From: Marsupella aquatica
Lineage: Eukaryota > Plantae > Marchantiophyta
DNA length: 64,000 nt
Direction: 5' to 3'
Assembly: GCA_973895155.1 (NCBI GenBank)
Contig: OZ316893.1
Coordinates: forward strand, 13,036,359 to 13,100,358
The notes beneath the pieces are model-generated. The model saw only the letters and a list, made by a program, of their open reading frames with translations, made no database searches and was not told the origin of the DNA. A program made the position numbers and the translations under genes. Shown one piece after another: positions 61,153-64,000 of the stretch (position 1 is the first letter of the stretch; the number at the start of each line of letters is the position of its first letter).

Positions 61153-64000
61153 CTATCATGCACGGGCTCGTGCCGGTGTAACCAAGAGCTTGATGGATAC
61201 GCACCCTCCCATGATCACACAATCATCTTAAAATCTCCCGATATACAACATTCCTTGTGTAAAGGTCATCCTTATTGGGATATGCATTCCGTGCTATCAT
61301 AATGCGAATACCAGTCCGAGCACCAACCCTAGACAATGCCACATATAATTGACCATGCGAGAAAACTGGGCTTGGTAGAAATATCCCAATCTTTGCCAAG
61401 GTTTGACCTTGAGACTTATTGATGGTCATACCAAAGGCAGCACGAATAGGAAACTGAAATCGACGAAGATCAAATGGTAACCCTGAGTCAGATGCAATAA
61501 GAGGAATGCGTGGAATGAAAACACGGTCTCCGATATTCTTCCCAGTGATGATCTCTGCATCTATGACATGACACCCAAAACCACGAACTATCAAGCGAGT
61601 GCCATTAGCTTGTCCTCTTGACCCATTCATGTTTCTCAAAAGCATGATGGGTGCACCAATCTTCAAAGTCAACTTATGTGGAGGTAAACCAGATGACAAC
61701 AATGTATTGAGGAATTCTGTGGGATACATGAAGGTAGTTGCTTCATTGGGAATTGAATCTGCACTCAAAAACTCATGTTCCTGCAAAACTCCAGGATAAA
61801 AATTAGAAAGTTACTAACTTTCATTGAAATGTTTTTCCTTCAAAGATAAAATTGAAAGCTCTTCAAGTTGCTAGTGGTAAGGGATTTACCTCTCCAGGAA
61901 AGCCACGCATCACCTCCTCATTGACCTTATCCACATCTTTGTTTGTGGTGGTCAAAATAGCTCTATCTTTTAAAAAGTTAGCATTGTTGAAGTTCACTGG
62001 ATCTGAGCCATAGATCTCAACAATTAGGTCACTAAGATGGTCATTTGGCATTATCAGGTCATGTGGCAAATGAATGACATCATCACCCAAATCAGACTCA
62101 CTTGGCAAAGTTCCCTCTCCAATTGCTAATAACCAATTGCTAAAGCCTTGTTGCTCAAGCGCCTCTTCTCCTACATATACGAAAATCCACAAAGGTTGTC
62201 AGTTTTTTTTGAAGCAAATATTAAAGAAAAATATATTTACTTATTCCAACATGGAAAGGTTGGTGCTAAGATAAATTAATATTTCATAAACAGAATAGTG
62301 AAAATGATACTCTATAAATATCATAACACACATAGTATAAAATTAAAAAAGAATTCTTGATAATATAACATACCTTCTAGTGTTTTTACTCTCATGTTCT
62401 CACTTAGCCTCATCACTTTTATCTTTGACCATATAGAAGATCTTTGGAAGGTGGCTCGAATGATGGCCGCTTGATCTCCATGCCGAACTACAGGAAGCAC
62501 TTGGCGAAAATCACCACCAAAGACCATCAATTTTCCTCCAAACGGCAAGTTACTCTTCATGATATCTTGAAGTGTCCGGCTAACAGCCTCAAAGGCATGT
62601 CTATGAGTCATGGGTGCTTCATCCCATATGATCAATAATGCGCATCGGATCAAGCGTGCGGCTTCACTCTCCATTACTATGTTGCACACCATCATCACAA
62701 AAAAATATGAAAAAATACCATTTGTACTATATCTCTAAACCAATAGCTCAATATCTCATAAATTAGTATTTTTTATGAACTCAATCTCACTATAAACACA
62801 ATTTTAACTTCTTACTTGCAAGTAGAGCTTTCGTGAACAATGAGTGGAATCTTGAATCGTGAATGTGCTGTGCGACCTCCCTATAATAATAAGGCTGCAA
62901 TCCCTGATGATGCCACGGCAAGAGCAATGTGCCCCTCACATCTGACCCTTGCTAGTAGAAGATTATACAAAAATGTCTTTCCAGTTCCACCTGGTCCATC
63001 AATAAAGAATAGATGCTCCTAGATAAAACAAAAACCTTGAGTTAGACATGAAAATTATTCATAGTGTCAAAATAAAACATCTCATAATCATGTTGCAAAG
63101 CTATATGGAAAGGTAATATATATACTTACCCGAGGAGATTCACCTTGCAATACGGTCTCACAAACATCATTCACTTGTTGCCAAATTAAATTTTGTCCAT
63201 CATTTAGTTTTTCCTCTCATTCCAATGCACATGCACGTAGTGCAACACGATCATATGAGAGTTCCTCTAACTCCAAATGAGAATGAGCCTCTTCATTGCA
63301 ATTAAAATTTGCTTGATACATATCAGAAAAATGGGACAATCGTTTGTTGTGATCTTGTAAATAACGATCAATTTCCAACAATGCATTATCGATAACAACA
63401 TGTTGAGGAAGATCAGACATTCCAAATTCCTACAAATACAATGTGGTTGACCAATGTTAGTTTGCAAGAGGAATGTAGCGCATTAAATCATTTTATTACA
63501 AGTTATGCCTCATGAGTAAAGAAATGGATTTGTGTAGAAAAGAATACCTGACGTCTCAAATACAGTAGATCCTCTGTCATGGATGTTACAAATTGATCCC
63601 ATAACTCTTTGGGGCATGCAGGTGTGTTGTAGAGAAGAATGATGGCAAAAAATTGACGGACTGCACGTCCAGTCAGAATCTCTGAACATTCCCTCAAACA
63701 ATCAATAACCTCTGAATCATCTTCCAAGAGTCCAAACTTAATTGTTGCCTCCTTAAAAGTGGGCATGGTTACATTACCAATTGTTTTCAAACTGTCATAT
63801 CCAATAGCCCCTTTAATATGATGAAGAAGTAACCACATCCAATGACGTTCTCCTTCACCTGCACAACAAAAATTCATTAAAATAAATATTTTTAATATAA
63901 TAATAATAAATTCAATTATTTGAGTACAATTAAGTCAAGATAAAAAGAATACTTGGATGAGTCAAATATAAACGGCCAATGGGATATCCGTAGCCTTTAA
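61153..64000 (-). mobile_element. Helitron RepHel gene, 3' part (end of Rep region + PIF1 helicase), intron-containing, probably pseudogenised
   Basis: Minus-strand exons encode LLLHHIKGAIGYDSLKT...[17 protein letters not shown] (Walker A), GGRTAHSRFKIP, IIWDEAPM, FGGDFRQVLPV, LKIGAPIMLLRN, QFPIRAAFGMTINKSQGQT, VFSHGQLYVALSR. Stop at 61223, an internal stop at 63217, and hairpin GCACG-GGCT-CGTGC at 61160-61173. Confidence 0.92.

Overview
Eukaryotic nuclear DNA with GT-AG introns and plant-type genes. The gene and TE types suggest a non-seed land plant (inference). The left ~30 kb is a nest of decayed transposons: a retroelement accessory ORF, a LINE 3' end and a CACTA-like relic, then a Ty3/gypsy LTR retrotransposon. 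That element's single gag-pol frame reads Gag (2 zinc knuckles) - aspartic protease - DNMT3-like C5 cytosine methyltransferase - RT ... integrase - PHD finger. It carries two insertions. One is a 1865-bp solo-LTR-like insert with a 5-bp TSD that contains an RPA70-C-like OB-fold relic. The other is a ~8.7-kb DNA transposon with a divergent P-element-like DDE transposase and an EDM2-like composite PHD module; a 294-bp MITE at 52.9 kb (8-bp TSD) matches its terminus. The right half holds apparently intact host genes: an ML-domain lipid-binding protein, an RPA1B-type subunit lacking the N-terminal OB fold, an ALKBH1-type dioxygenase and two divergent small secreted paralogues. It also contains two inverted non-autonomous Helitrons and the 3' part of an intron-containing Helitron RepHel gene.
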